Shown piece after piece: positions 11,061 through 25,336 of a stretch of DNA of 64,000 nt. Position numbers and translations under genes: made by a program. The notes beneath the pieces are model-generated. The model was not told the origin of the DNA, did no database searches, and worked only from the letters and a program-made list of their open reading frames with translations. Source of the stretch: Fimbriosthenelais zetlandica (taxonomy: Eukaryota); contig OZ365114.1 in assembly GCA_977030845.1 (NCBI GenBank), positions 21,886,001-21,950,000 on the forward strand, given 5' to 3'. Numbering within the stretch: the first letter of the stretch is position 1; each line of letters opens with the position of its first letter.

Positions 11061-14000
11061 AAATAAAGATGACATGTAACTCAAATACATTCTTGTTAAG
11101 TTTATAACGTTTCAAATTCCAGTGTATTCAATATAATTACACTACCTTTTAAAACCATGACTTCAATAGTATTATTATATAAAGAGAAGATTTAAAAAAA
11201 CATCAAATCAACTCAATATTATTTCAATCGCCTTGATTCAAATTGGTGAGTGTTGTCTATTTTTTTAATTTTTAAAAGTTCCTTAACCACTAGAATATCA
11301 CTTTCAATTGAATTTGAACTGGAGGACATTCACGACGGTATCATGAGTGTCGGATCATTCTGTACGAGAGCAGCAATATGAAGTACCCGTGCTGCCACCT
11401 AAACAACATGAGCTGAACTGTGAACCATCAGAGAGAGAGAAGCGTGATATGGTAGGCCCTCTGCCTGTACTGAAGTCAACTACAGGCAACTACATGCTTC
11501 ATCAGGAACAGTGAACGACTCATGATAGATGGAACACTGGATATGGACAAGTTCTCATGGAACATAACGAAACCGTGGAACATGAAAACAACTAAGAATA
11601 TTTCTCGGAATAGGAGTTTTTGTTATAAATTCTGAGTATAAAAAATATAGCAGCCTATCAAAAACATACGCTCAATTATTTGCCTCAAGTTACTACTCAA
11701 AACTCCATAATATATAGGAGGCAGCGGACATTGACAAGAGAACCTTCAATTCCTTTCATTCGATTCCAGAATATTGAATCATGGGTCATAAAAAATCTCT
11801 TTTGTCACCATATTTCACGCCCATCAGCCAACAGCTCCGAATGTCCAAATCGCCCGTTTGGAGCAGGTCAGAGGAACGAACAGTCTCCCCCTCAGGCTTC
11901 AGATAATCCAATGGCGCAAGAGGCTTCAGGAAGTTGAAGCAGCCCTGCATTGAATGGAAGCCATTCAGGAGTTGGCTGAAGCACACGGCCACTCAGGGTC
12001 CGGTGCCGACTGGCCATACTATTGAGCAAAATAAGATGGAGATGGATGGAGTCGTTTTTATCCAAATATTTCCGAATATTTTCATCGCAGTCTGGTTGCA
12101 TGGGCTTTCGGCACTTTAGATGATGAGGTACTTATAGGGCAGGGATCAATGGAGATGGTGAAAGTTAAGGTTCTAGTGACTGCCAGACTTGACTTTATCA
12201 GAATCATACCAAGCCACTAGAGTGTTTGTCTCTGTTTTTAAAAGAGCAGGGTTCTTTATGAATGAAAAGCTCATCAGCAGTCAGTGAAAATCACAAACCT
12301 TTGTAGTTGATATACAGAGGGATTTTATATCCACAACTTCTATGTGAAGCAGATTTGTATCAACTCTCAAATGGCTTCGATTCCCCGGAGGCATCCAAAA
12401 CATATCAACAATATTTTGCACATAGAGCATTAAACAGGGGGAATGTCCTTTAATTTTATGCTCACACGCATACACAATAATATCCTAATGTCCAACCAAC
12501 ATATTCCAAAAGGCTTGTGTGTTTGCAGGGCTTCACTGATGGCCAAAAAAGCTAGGCCGTCCACGGGAGACCCCGAATAGGCAGTCACGCGAGATAGGGA
12601 AGCACCATCAGCATTAACAACACTGTGCTTCCTCTAAATACATCAGGTAAATATGTGTGGACAAAGGACAAGAACAAATTGTTTCAAGATGAAAAGAGGA
12701 ATGATAATGGGACGAAGCCAAAGAGGTTCTTCATATTATATTAATGAACTGCTTCTAATGGCGAAGGAAAAATATGGCACTTGAACATAATATGTGCTAT
12801 GCAATGTGTCATGGTCACCATAATTATAAATACTTGGGTTTAGTTGGGAAACATTTTTTGATATTCTACATATCCATGGGGAAAGCTTATCTATTTGGTT
12901 GTATAATGTAACAATAATTATGGACAACAGGGACGCAAATGTACTAAGTTTTATTTCATATAATACGGGACGTCAGTACCATATCAATGCAGTCATGGTA
13001 AATACAATCCCAATGTCACTCATAATATCCCGTATATCCAGCTAACCCCAGATAACAAAGACACTTTATGACACGTAAGTAGGTGCAGGTAGGGAGCTTG
13101 TGGACATTAAGTGTCCAGGATCAGGGAACTTCCTACACTACCTCCTGAAGGTATCCTTTTGTGAACTGAAAGATACTAAGACTTAATTTCCCGACTTCGA
13201 ACTTTAATGGTCAGTGTCCGGTCACCTTACAAGACTTATCAATGTACATTCCTATACATGTCATTTACACAGTACAAAAATCCATTATTGGCTGAATAAA
13301 ACAGAAACTGTGTGACTTGGGAATAAATTAAACAGATGACTAAAAGCATGGTCAGCCCCCGGGGAGCAGAATGCTGTCTTCTACTGCAGGTCCTCAAAAC
13401 ATGGCTTTCTATCTCTGGGGAAATAGAGGCTTAGCTTGCCAGAGATAAGACGGGGAAGAAGATGGGGCGAGGCTAGGGGAGATAATTGAGGGATGGGCCT
13501 GGATGCTGATGTCAGTGGGGGAGTGCTCTATAAAGGATCCCTTTCTTGTCCATGATAGACTCTACTGATGTATTACTACATCTCTACAATAGTACGCTAC
13601 TCTACCTCCAAATCACATACTTCTATATCCATGTAGGTAGATATCAGGTTTAGTTCTTTTATAATATGAAGAACTTATCCCATCTTATTGATTTTACAAA
13701 TCGAGTGGGAAAGAATTCAATAAGTACACACAGTGAGGCAGCTCAATTGAGAAGATAGGCAAAGGTAAAATCCATATCACCCGGGCAAATATCCTCTTTC
13801 CACATACTACATTTAGCCACAGTTTACTTCCTTGTAAGAAACATAATGCACTTCCCCCTACACTTCTGTGAGAATAACATTTTTTCTACTACGAAGACAA
13901 TCTTTCTGCTTAAACTTTGAGAGAAAGAGCATTAATCTCTCTCCTCTTACAGAAACGTTCACTTACACCATACTGGGTGAAATATTTAGCTTAGAGCTCT

Positions 14001-15319
14001 ACTCAGAAGAGTCATCAAGTCTCCAAGTGCACCAGATCCCTCACTGATGGGATGGAATAATCTGACAAAAACATTCATAGAAATGACTATAAACTCTATC
14101 AGTCTTTACAACCTATTTCCCTCCCTAACACCACGCCATCTTATAGGCGAATAAACCTCAACAGTTGAGGCAGCACAGTAAAGTGAAAGGGAACCAAAGT
14201 AAGTCCCCAGAGAGTCAGTCATCCATCAAACCAACGACTTCTTCTCTAAGTGCCAAAAATCACAAATAAAAAGCTGGCGGTGTTCTGTTTCCACTAGGGA
14301 GGCGTTGGGCTGCTCTGAGCAGGTCAGGAGGCTGCAATGACCCGCCGAAATGTGCCTATAAAGGACATTGGCCTCTTGCCTCCAACACTTGGTTGCCATG
14401 GTAATGTGACATAAAGGACGCTATGATGGGACGATCATGGCCGTGTCTCCATACAGCGCTTCATTCTATAAAAGGAATACCAGCCTCCGCTTAAATGCTT
14501 TCTTCATGTAAATCCAATCTGATACCACTATAGGCTGCTTACTCCATTTTCAAGGGTATAACTATAATGGGATGGACACATGACATCCAACAGGTAGTAA
14601 GAGGTCTGGAATATATCCCCAAAAGTCAGTGACTGTCATTTATTTCTTGTCTGTTACATTTTTTTCCAGTGCGCATGAACATTGAAATGGGATCTAACCA
14701 CGCTGAAGTGGTTTGCATTTAATTTATCCCGGACTTGAGCACGGTAGCCAGGAGTTTTGCATGATCCAATGAGAGCTTGTTTATATTCATTACACTCTCA
14801 ACATTCGTTATCTAGTCATAGGAATTCCTGGCTAGCAGCCGCATTAATCTAATTTGATGGAATGGGGACAGAAATCCAGAGACGATTTATATTCAGCATA
14901 ATATGATTAGCATTGCTCAGCGTATACAAAACGGCCATCCACAGCACGAAATAAGGAATGCCACTTGCCAAATCCACGAGGCAGTATTCATTATCATCAC
15001 CAATACATAACAGACAGTGCTTCCTCGGTTTTCCATAAGGTGGGAAGTAGAACCTGAAGCAAGCACTAATCTATGAAGCTACATTACAGAATAATTTAAA
15101 AAGAACTTCTTGTGAAGGAACATCCAGAATATAGATATAACTAAGGTCTGCCAACAAAAATCTACCAAATAAATTGATGGCATACTTCTACCACTGCTGG
15201 CAGCACCATGCAGTAGTGGCAGTGGCGTTGATGGAACGCATTTTGAAAGACAAAAGAAAAACTTTTTTCTGCGCACTTCTCCACCACCATCACACTATTC
15301 ACAGGGCCTACCAACTTCC

Positions 15320-15420
15320 CTGTCCAATCTCCCCTTTTCATGACCAATCAAGCGAGAAAAAGAATGTCCTATCCTACGATATGGTCGCCATGGAAACGAA
15401 GGGCGACGTCAGAGCGCGGC
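15320..15420. promoter_or_regulatory. Promoter-like module: two CCAAT boxes, RFX X-box, CRE-like site
   Basis: CCAAT at 15324 and 15344 (20-bp spacing), GTCGCCATGGAAAC at 15384-15397 and GACGTCA at 15405, in locally CpG-rich sequence. Confidence 0.55.
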
Positions 15421-16027
15421 AGTAATGTGATTTGTAAAGGAAGGGGGACATGGTCTAGTAGAGGCCCTTCCCGCTCTCTTTGCTGAACCTCAACTCAGAA
15501 GATTTTTTTCAGACTCCCATATCGTGCACAACATCGAGGTTGCAGTCAGAAAAATCTCCACAAATGATTGGATTTTCAAGCACATTTTCAATGGTGTGAG
15601 CCAAAACTGGTCGCTCAGCCACGGGTGGATAAGAATGACATAAAGCATCATTTCAGTGTATACATCCATTGACCAGCTGGTAAGTTCACATCCTCCCATC
15701 TCCCACAACACAAGCTGTAATCAGCACACACATACATCCCACTCTCTCCCCCTCCATCCACCATTCAAGTCAGCCCACACTATGCTGTGGCACCCACACT
15801 TGTACAGTGACAATGAGATTATATATATTTTCTGGCATCCTACCAGGTCGAGCGAGAGGACAGTGGAAGAAGAAGCATCACCAAGGCAACTATACCCTGT
15901 GTCACCAGTATTAACATTATACACACATGTACACTGGCATAGGATGCATTGAAATGTGCCTCTTAAGACATGAATGGGCACAAAGTATACCAAGGAGCAT
16001 TTGCCTCTCAACAGGCCTTATCTTTCT

Positions 16028-16041
16028 GTTACCATGACAAC
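16028..16041. promoter_or_regulatory. RFX X-box GTTACCATGACAAC
   Basis: Exact match to GTHNYYATRRNAAC. Confidence 0.5.
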
Positions 16042-19000
16042 GTGACAAATCGATCAAGAGAAGAGGGAGTGCCTGCATGGACATGTACTAATATATAAAC
16101 CACACATCTTATACTTGTGTACACTCAACTTACATGTACTCTTTGTTACATGTTTTTTGTTCAAATAAATATAGGCGCCCCTGAGTGGGCTCTTCTTTCA
16201 AAGAAATCTATAATGCAAATTCAAGATGGTAACATCAAGCTGCTAATAAATTTCATTATTTTAATTTCAACATATAGTTTTTCAATATAGACTAATGCCT
16301 ATAATCTGTATCCTTTATGAAGACACCTTGGTCGTTCCCTCCTTGAAAACAATGTCAAGGTAATATCAGAGAGGGGCTAGGCTGAATTATCTAACACAAT
16401 ATGGTATAAATTTCACTACGTCATATGGTACAACAAATATTTATTCCGTCTGAGGAACTATATTGTTAAAATATATCGCATTAAGCCCCAGAGAAGCTAA
16501 ACCACCCAATCATTTGGCAGAAGCCTCAAGAGAGTGCAATTTCATTAGTCTGAGATTAAAGGGATTAAATGTGTCCTCATGGCACTCGCCAATGTATATC
16601 TGACTGCTCTGACAGTCCCTTATCATCAATGATGATTAAACGAGAAGAGCAGAGGAAAACAGCGGGGATCTACTAGTGAAAATATTATGGCTTCCCGGAC
16701 TTCACACTCACTCTTGTTAATGAAGAGATAAAATGATAAAATTGAATATATGGAAGGGCTCAGATGGCACTGTCAAGAAATGTATGAAGTGGTTCGGATT
16801 AATTTAATGCCGAGGAAATAAAATGTCAACCTACTCTAAGAGTCTTTCCAAAGATAAAGTAACAAAATAACTTGGGCCTAGGTTTTAGTAAATGTATAGT
16901 TAATTTAATATGTACAAGTAATTCATTTAGATTATGAAGACAGCCTGTAAATTATTAAGCATAATGTGCATCAAGCTACAAGGAGAGGCTCTGTACTCTC
17001 CAGGCTTTCAATGTGCTTCATCTGGGCAAACCCTGGGCCGGATGCCAGGTCTGTGCACCACTCAATGTCCTTTCAACCCCTATCAGGGACCTGTTTCCGG
17101 GCGAGGCAATATTGTCCCTGTCTGACCTCATGACCCCTGACCCTGCCTCCAGGCGGGGTCACACATGCCCCGCCCCACCCTGGAGGAACGGGGAGATGTG
17201 AGTTTTTGTGAGCGACAATATTCAGGCTGTAAGAAAACCACCTTAGACCTGAAGTCTCCATTCATACAACCAGCACCCTGCACCTCCCATCCATAACCTT
17301 AACCCTATACAACCATCCTGTAATATCCCACACAATCTCAATCTTTACCAGTATAAATCAATCTCCTATTTTCAGATTGCGTACATCAGATATTACGGGT
17401 TGAAGTAATGAGGAACTGGCCAGCGATCTATCACATGTTGGTGGGTTTACATTATTGCCTGGATGGAGGTATTACATGGGGAGATATAGTGAGATGGATG
17501 GGGGTTGTGAGGGTTTAAGGCCTGCTGTCACTGGTGGCAGTAGTAATCGTGTTTTGGTGGACCAGGAGGCTGTATGCAGCTGAGCAGATACAGAAGGCAT
17601 GCTGATAATAGCTCCTAACCTCCTAGAATAATCCCCCGCATAAATCATGTCCTCGCTGATATGCTATTCAGGCTTTTCCTCTCCCATTTCCTCCTCATAT
17701 TCGGCTTCAAAGCCCGAGATACATGGACCAGATTTCCCACTGCCTGCTTTAAAATAGGCTTAAGCCAGTAACAGGTGCACTATGATGTAATAGAAATCTA
17801 ATGTACTTGTAACAGCCCACTCAATGATGCAATAGGCTCAGTCAGATAATGCCGAGAAAGCAATGAGTTGCTCGGAGCAGGATAGCCCTACATCATAAAC
17901 CTGCCAAGAGTAATGGATGAGCAGTACAAGTAATAAATTGATGTTAAACAATCCACCCTGGTTTCGCTGCGAAAAACTTAATATTTCTTAGGATTAAAGG
18001 ACATAGTATATATATCCTTTTCCCATATTTCTTAAAAGGTACATTTAAGAAAGCAATGGATTCTGAATTTCAAAACCTGTCAGTCTTATCAAACTCTGAG
18101 GGCAGAGAGATGAATTTCTCCATTTAAAAAAACTTGTATGTGAGTATATATATGCGGGTATTAGACATGTTTTCTGGATGACTTGGTGCTCGGCTGGGAG
18201 CCTCCGGGCACGCCTGGAGGAGGGCTGAAGCTGTAGTCCATTGAACCAGGAGCGAGCAGGCGAGCGGCCGCCCAGGGGAGATCGATATGAGGCCCGTCAC
18301 AATCATGTCCCAGAATAAGGACACAACCCAACGAGGCCACATCTATTGACTGAACACCGGCTGTGGGAATTTCACTAAATGAGAGATTTAAAGGAACAAA
18401 TTGTTGCATTGATTTTGATGCCTTCCTGACTTTAGATCTTCAATTAAGAAATTATATACACAATATAAATTGCTGGTATTTATTCCAGACATCCTAACGG
18501 TTAGAATAATTATCTTGGATATATGTGTACCGGGACTTTCATCAAAAACTATTCTAAAGTCATTTAATATTTCACAAGAGGAGTAAAGTTTGCTCATTTC
18601 CAGCTAATAATTTTCCCCAAGTCCATTTAGAAATATCGAGTTAAATCGTACCACCGAGAACTTTTAAATCTTTACCAGAGCTTCTCTTCATTTTCTTATC
18701 AATACAAGCTTCAGTTCAAAGTTTGCTTATTGCCTTCGCCTCTCCAGTTCTTGTGTTAATGGCTGGCTGAACAAATAACTGGTTACCAATCAGACCCCAT
18801 CTTAATCATAATAAACACGCCATTCTTTCCTTCATCTTTGTTTCAATATTCACAGACAGAAGATGGCTGCCTCGCATCAGGAAGACAATATAAAGCTTCA
18901 TCTCCTAATTATAAATTATTCTATATTATTTTAGGTTTCTTCTCCAGATAATGGGTCTGAAGGGGTCTGAAATTATGTTCAAACATTTGAAATGAGTTTC

Positions 19001-22000
19001 AAAAGAAGTGGCTTAATTCTCGCCTTTCAGCTTTCTTACAGTCTTTGCCTCAGTTCATTCCGTCGGGATTAGAATGCAAGCATAACATGGAAATATCTGG
19101 CACGTATTGATGTCATTTTCACCATCTCCCCATGAGAAAACATCACATTTACGACTATTAACGACCACATTCACCATTCGATAAGCGGTAAAGGTTAGCC
19201 CCTGATCCCTGATAACTCTGGACTGTGATTTCAACTTGAGTCTATAGCCCTCAGAGTCGTCCCTCCTCTTTTATCCTCTTCTAGATTTTTTAACGCCAAA
19301 CAGTTCCTTTTATCATTCTTCCTTTGTCCCTTTTACACAGTCCTGACGTCACGCGCCACAAATGGCGATCGATCAGCAGTAAGAGATGAAGTGGGGGACT
19401 GTAGAGATACAGAGGGCCGCCTTCTGGAGGCTGCGGACACTAAGCCCCAGTCTTGGAGAAAGTCCATCAGAGGAGTGATCCAAGCTAAATGAAGTGGAGG
19501 CTGCAATGCCTCCCAGCCTCTCCTCCCTCCCCCTCCCCACCACACACACAAGCAGTGTCTGGGGAAAAGGCTATTATAAGACCCCAGGGACTTGGTAGTG
19601 GGGAATTGACATGAGGCATGGCAAGGGGTGAATGGGCAGGAATCTAGATGTCATTTTCCAACAACCATTTCTGTCCACCCTCCTACAACAGTTCTCAAGG
19701 GGAGGGACTTGCTCACCACTGTAGCAGGGGGGTCAAATAGATATAAACCCCTGCAACACTTTTAACCATCCCTGTCCAAAGGGCAATGGTCTCACGAAGC
19801 TATTTGAACAGGGCCCATAAGAAAGTCGCTTACTGGGAGATTATAGGTTTGAAGTTGTTGAACTCAACATCAAACCACCACAGGAGAAAAGAGCATGTCA
19901 CAAAGGGAAATATAAAGATGGAATTTTAAATCCTTTCATATAGTCTGATCCCTCTGTGTATAAGCAGACCAAACATTGCCTGTTTTGTTCTCAAACTTTA
20001 AGTTCCCACCTAATCTCAGACTCGGAGTGACTCTCTCAGTCAATTCGAAAATAGCAGTCGATTTGACCATCGGTCAGGAGGGAGGAACTGACCAGACAAG
20101 TTGCACGTTACCATTTAAAGTAAAGTCCAAAGCCCCGGCTTCCCCAGCAGTGACATCCCCTCGGCCTCTTACACCCCTCTCCAATCCATTCACAGTAAAG
20201 TGGGCTTTTTAAAACTCGTCTCGGATTCTTTTTAACTCTTTTCCTCCCCTGGGAATTCTCATCCTCAAATTGTATTTCCGGGGGGATCCGCTTACAACAG
20301 CGAGAGAAACGAGGCTAAAAAGAAATTTCAGAAGTCGATGGTTCATTTAACATCAGCCATTTGAGTAGAGGGGATTATGTGTGGTTCTTGTTGCTTTTAA
20401 AGAGATAAGCCAGCTAAAAACGAGTGACACGATACGTACTACCAGACCTGCTGACAACACAATCACTGTTTACATCAATCACCTCTCGTCATTTTATGTG
20501 TAGGGATACGCCAGAGAAATGACATTCCACAAATCTCTCCATTAATTTTCATATTAATATGAATTAAATTGAAAGTCTGATGAAAAGCCATTGCGGCGTC
20601 AGGTCATCTTTCTTTCAGGGTTCTTATGCATTGAGGACAGCAGTTTCTTTGTTGAGAACAGAACATCCCATGAAATATGGAAGCACCAGGGGCAATAACA
20701 CTGAACAACTCCATCAATTTCCTTCTGCAATGAATCAGCAATTTTGCAACACACAAGACTAATGAGAGAGAGGCAATGATAGAGCTGAGCTATAGAGAGC
20801 CAACAATATCCTGGTTACAGCTATAGGAGGAGGGTGCGGATCCTAGCATTTACTGGAAGGACCTGAGAATGACAGATCCGACAGCTTGTCACATCATTAG
20901 AGATATGGACCAACTTTCTCTCCCCTCCTCCTGCTCCTCAGCCTCCTCTCCCGCACTGATTTCTACTCGAGTAACATCAGTCTTCACAGTCTTGTGGCCC
21001 TGGATGGGGTAGATCTAGATCCTTCTAGGGACATTACAGGACTCGGGTGTTGAGAGGGGTAAAAATATTTTATGATGTAGAAAACTGAGAGGTCAAAAGA
21101 GGACCTGAAAGTGGTACGTGTCATGTAAGCCACCAGCTAGATCAGTCTGACAGAGCAAAAAATATAGCCAGGAAGAGTCTGGGGCTTGACTATCAGTTAG
21201 AATACAGCTGGCCCTGCTTGCCTGACAAGGCTCCATTCCCCACCCTAGCCATGTACAGCAGGCTATAACTACAACTGTCATCATGACAGGAGGTTAGCAC
21301 TACCAACAACCAGAGACCAAGCTCTAATCATCAAACACAGATCACCAAACAGCTTACAGATTAGCCTTAAATTTACCTGTGACATATTATTTGGATTCAG
21401 GTACCTATTGATAACAGTAGTCCTATCAAATATTCTCTTTAATTTTCTAAATAATTTTCCTTTTTTAATTTAGGCTCTTTATAAATACAGCGTAGTGAGG
21501 GGTAATAGACTCACGGGGTACAATAAATGTGGCTAGTCCATGGTATTCTGCCTATTGCTGTTTTTCTATGGAGGGGCGTAGAGTGGGTTAATAGACAGGT
21601 GATGGTTGTTAGTATTTCTGTCAGAGGTTTGACATGGGTGGTAACTGACCCTGACAGACGTGGATATGGAGGCAATGGTAGCCTGTGTGACAGTGACATG
21701 AGCTCTTGATACACGTTACCACTCCCCTGCCATCTTCTAATCCATACTTGATGTGGGGTTATGAATATGGTAACAACATCTAAATATCTTATTCCATCTG
21801 CCAAGCTGCATCTCGACGCAACATGATAAATTCACGAATCGAGATGGATTAGAGCAGACAGGTGGTTTCTTATGTTCTCAGAATAAATGACGTTAAAGTA
21901 TAAAGGACCATTCAGTGGATCCTTCAGGGGCAGACTTTAGAAAATAAGCATTTATATTTTGAAAGACAATGTTTCATGTCACGGAAATAATTCTCTGAAT

Positions 22001-22094
22001 CACAAAGTTTGGAGAGAAAAGAAATATTTTCCATAGATGATCAAGGAGATTGTCATACGCTCCTGTGTTTTGAGATGGAGAAGGCTGTACTCAC

Positions 22095-22229
22095 CCCTGT
22101 AGCTATGTCGGTGAGTGTTTGTGTTAGGATGATGTTGAAGACTGCGTGTGATCGACTGCTCTCACTGTTCATGTTGGTCGCTGCTACTGTTCGTGACTTG
22201 TTACCTTCTACCATGAGTGCATCGATGTC
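22095..22229 (-). CDS. KIF13: KIF13-like kinesin-3 exon ([45 protein letters not shown]), 135 nt, phase 0 to 0
   Basis: Acceptor gtttgtaacag and donor GGG|gtgagt. Contains [14 protein letters not shown] and switch I SSRSH. I found no later exon (LVDLAGSER) between 1 and 22094. Confidence 0.97.
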
Positions 22230-22458
22230 CTGTTACAAACAGAATTAAAAGTTTTTCAGAATTTCAAATACAATCGAGAAATGAATACTTCACAGATAAA
22301 TTCATATTCTTTACTTTCAATTTTGAAGTAATCAGCCATAATGTTGTATGGTTACTGTTGATCATAATTTAACGAAGTAACTTTATAAGTAACTCATTTC
22401 TATATAGAATGTAGGGAAATTGTAGAGTAGTGAAATTTTCTTTTGATTTCTGGTTTAC

Positions 22459-22546
22459 CTTGAAGTCAGAGACAGCTAAAATGGATAAATCCTCGACGTA
22501 TGGACCCAGGATATTGTGTTCACGAACTCGCAACGTGTGTTTTCCT
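22459..22546 (-). CDS. KIF13: KIF13-like kinesin-3 exon (GKHTLRVREHNILGPYVEDLSILAVSDFK), 88 nt, phase 2 to 0
   Basis: Acceptor ttttgtatttcag and donor AAG|gtaaac. Carries the LRVREH..LGPYV..LS.LAV kinesin-3 motif, partly visible in track ORF 22369-22596. Confidence 0.97.
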
Positions 22547-25155
22547 CTGAAATACAAAAAAAAATGTTGAATTAATCCTGCAATATTTTGACTCATACTT
22601 CAACAAAGGACGAGATGTTGGAACACGCATGTCGACAAGAGCGTTGTGGACAACTGATGGAATTTGAATTATATTTTTTGTTTCCCTGTTATCTTCGCCA
22701 CCCTTGTCTCTCCCAATTACACTTCAATCCATTTTGAAATCAAGATGGTGAAAGATTTTATCAGATAATGTTTTTTAACCTAAGAAACATTCAGTATTTC
22801 TAGGGGTACCTGTTGGAAGTTAATATTAAAGCAAACTAACGCATAACATCAGATATTCCAGTAACATGTAAATAACATGAAATTAAAAATCCTTGTAAAT
22901 TTGTGGCAGTAAATAAGGCCAAACGGAAGAAATGGAAATAAACAGTCTCAAAATTCAAAGTTCTTTTCATAAATCCCTTGTTCTCCTCAATTGGTTGGGG
23001 GAAATGGTACTGGTGGCAAGGCGCATCATGGTTGAAAGCCTCTGGATTTTCAAGTTCCCTGGGAGCAGGAACCAACAAGGGAAATCAGGCGCCATTATTG
23101 CAGGCAGACGATACGAATAGACAGCCACAGCTGGTGTTTCCACGGACCACGTCCCAACTACATTTTTGAGATCAAATGCTGATGAGTTCATTTATATCCA
23201 TGAGGATTTTTCCTTCTGTTAACATTTCTAGGCATTTACTGTCTGACAGGGAGTTATTTGCATGGAGTAGGCCAGACATCAGACCCACCCAAGGTCAGAT
23301 ACAAATTTATGTAAGAAACTGTTTGAAAAAAGATTTAAAAGTTTAAAAATCATCTGAGATACGAATATACATATGATGGTAGGAAATATAAGTCCTAATT
23401 GATTGGTGCCTTAATTAGACATTCCTCTCCTGTTATAAAGAGGAAGTAAAAGCATTTCTCCCATAGGCAGCAAATCCAAGTAATAGCGTCTTGGATTTTC
23501 ATCGGGACATCCAATATTGATATTAAATTATTCTGCCATCAGGTACATTGTAATGAGAGATAATTTGGAAAGGGAAGATTTTCTTTTGTCGGTTGAATGC
23601 GGGAATTCAATCTCTACTGTTGGAAATTGAAATGGATTACATAAGTAAACTGTCAGTCCTTGTTAGGTTTAGGCAGCTATGGAACAATCTCCAATATCAA
23701 ACAAGGAGAGAGAAAAGCCATGTAGAAAGTGTGAAGAAAAGAAAGTGAGACAGAGAAGGCCTGACAGGCAATAGAAAGACTATGGGACTGTAACAATGAT
23801 AGAGGACGAACTTAATGGCAAATATATTACGTCAATTGACTGGTTACATCTTGGGAAAATTTTAGACAACATTACTGAGTGTGGAATCTACATTTAATTA
23901 AATCTTGTGAGGTTGGAAATACCGAGAAGAAGTTACTCCATATGACACTGGGAGTGGCCACATACACATTTGTAAGTGGACTTAGTGGACATGTACCCAG
24001 CTGGGATCCAAGCCAGCCAGAAGCCCCCTGCTTCTCTCCCCACTCATGTTGACTCAGACCTTCGTACAAGTAGAGCTGCAGCTAATGATAATATTGATAC
24101 GCCAGCTGCCATGCTGAGAACACTCTAGCCCACCAGTGTCTGAGTACCTGGCCCCTATGTAAGAGCATCCACTTCTCCCAGACAAAAAAAAGACTAGGGA
24201 GAAGAATCGGGTAAATATAGAGATGGGGATCGTATTTATTCCCCGTGGTAAGGTATGTACATGGCAATTAGGCAGAATCAAAAAGAAAAAGTGAAAGGAC
24301 TCAAGAGGAAATAACCTCGGCTATAATCAGCACCTAACCATGGATTTGTTGATAATTATGATTTTTCTTTCCTAACTTTCCCAATTAATAAGACTTTTAA
24401 TGGTCTCAGGTCCAGATTAAATCAATAAAATGTATAATAAATATAGCTCATCTAATTATTATTCCCTCGTTTGAATCATGACTCAGTTTTATACTGGCAG
24501 TATATCTCAGAACTTCTCCTAAAGAAGAAGGCAGTACTTTGAAACAAATCAGCTCACCAAAGTTGGAGGCGCCTCTTCAGCCGATTAGCCTACATATCAT
24601 AAAGTGTCATATATAAGACCTCATTATGAGAGCAATGCCAGACGTTAACCAGCTACATGTGACATGAGATGTCTGTAAGGTGCTTACTGTAGACGGTGAG
24701 TAGACGGGTCTGTAAGCACCTCCATCACCCTGCCTTTTATTCCTCTACCTTGTCCCGCCACTTCATCGTGAGAAGAGACAACTCATTTCAGTCCTCACCA
24801 CAGATAGGGCCCTTCAACCAGGCAATTGCCAATTCCCAATTTTCCCCCAGCTAACCTTTGTCACCACTCTTAACTAGAGGAGGCAGGCTTTGTGTCATTA
24901 TAGATTAGGAACGGTTTGTTAAAGTAGTTAATTACACTGCCACGAGGGAGGAGGATCTGGTTGGCTGTGGAACGGAGTCAGTCTATTTTAAAATTATAAT
25001 CTGAACTATATATCCAAGAAGATATTTACAAAGAAGCTTTTCATGGAACTCGAATATGGCTTTGTTTAATTTTAGACAGTAGACTAGCAATACTATAACA
25101 GACACCCACACAGTTGGCCAATGGTAAGACCATGTGTGCAGCACTCAATACTTAC

Positions 25156-25336
25156 CCTTTGGGGTCGAGAAGATCTCGTACTTTCTCATTGTAGATCTCC
25201 ATGTAGGAGACCTCTACTTTGAACTGGAGCGTGGCATCTGTATTGGCGATGATTTGCTCAAAGAGGCCCTCACACAGTCGTGGGATGATGCCCTTTTGGT
25301 CGCGTGAGCCCATCATTGTGTAAGATTTACCAGAAC
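25156..25336 (-). CDS. KIF13: KIF13-like kinesin-3 exon ([10 protein letters not shown]...[23 protein letters not shown]), 181 nt, phase 1 to 2
   Basis: Acceptor tctgtgtgttccag and donor AGG|gtaagt. P-loop [27 protein letters not shown] is KIF13-type, whereas KIF1 has GAGKS and YCERVRDLLNPK. Confidence 0.97.

Noticed and set aside
11880-12130. Possible decayed pogo/CENP-B-type transposase (IIQWRKRLQEVEAAL...GWSRF)
   Set aside because: Needs several stops and frameshifts, and no TIRs were found. The similarity is suggestive only; tBLASTn against Repbase would decide.
11278-13160. U12-type motifs: branch TTCCTTAAC...TAG (11279) and donor GTATCCTTTT (13151)
   Set aside because: Wrong order (branch upstream of donor) and no flanking exons. 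Such 8-9-mers are expected by chance.
18361-19080. Possible degenerate LINE fragment on the minus strand
   Set aside because: No reverse-transcriptase or endonuclease motif, poly-A tail or TSD could be identified.
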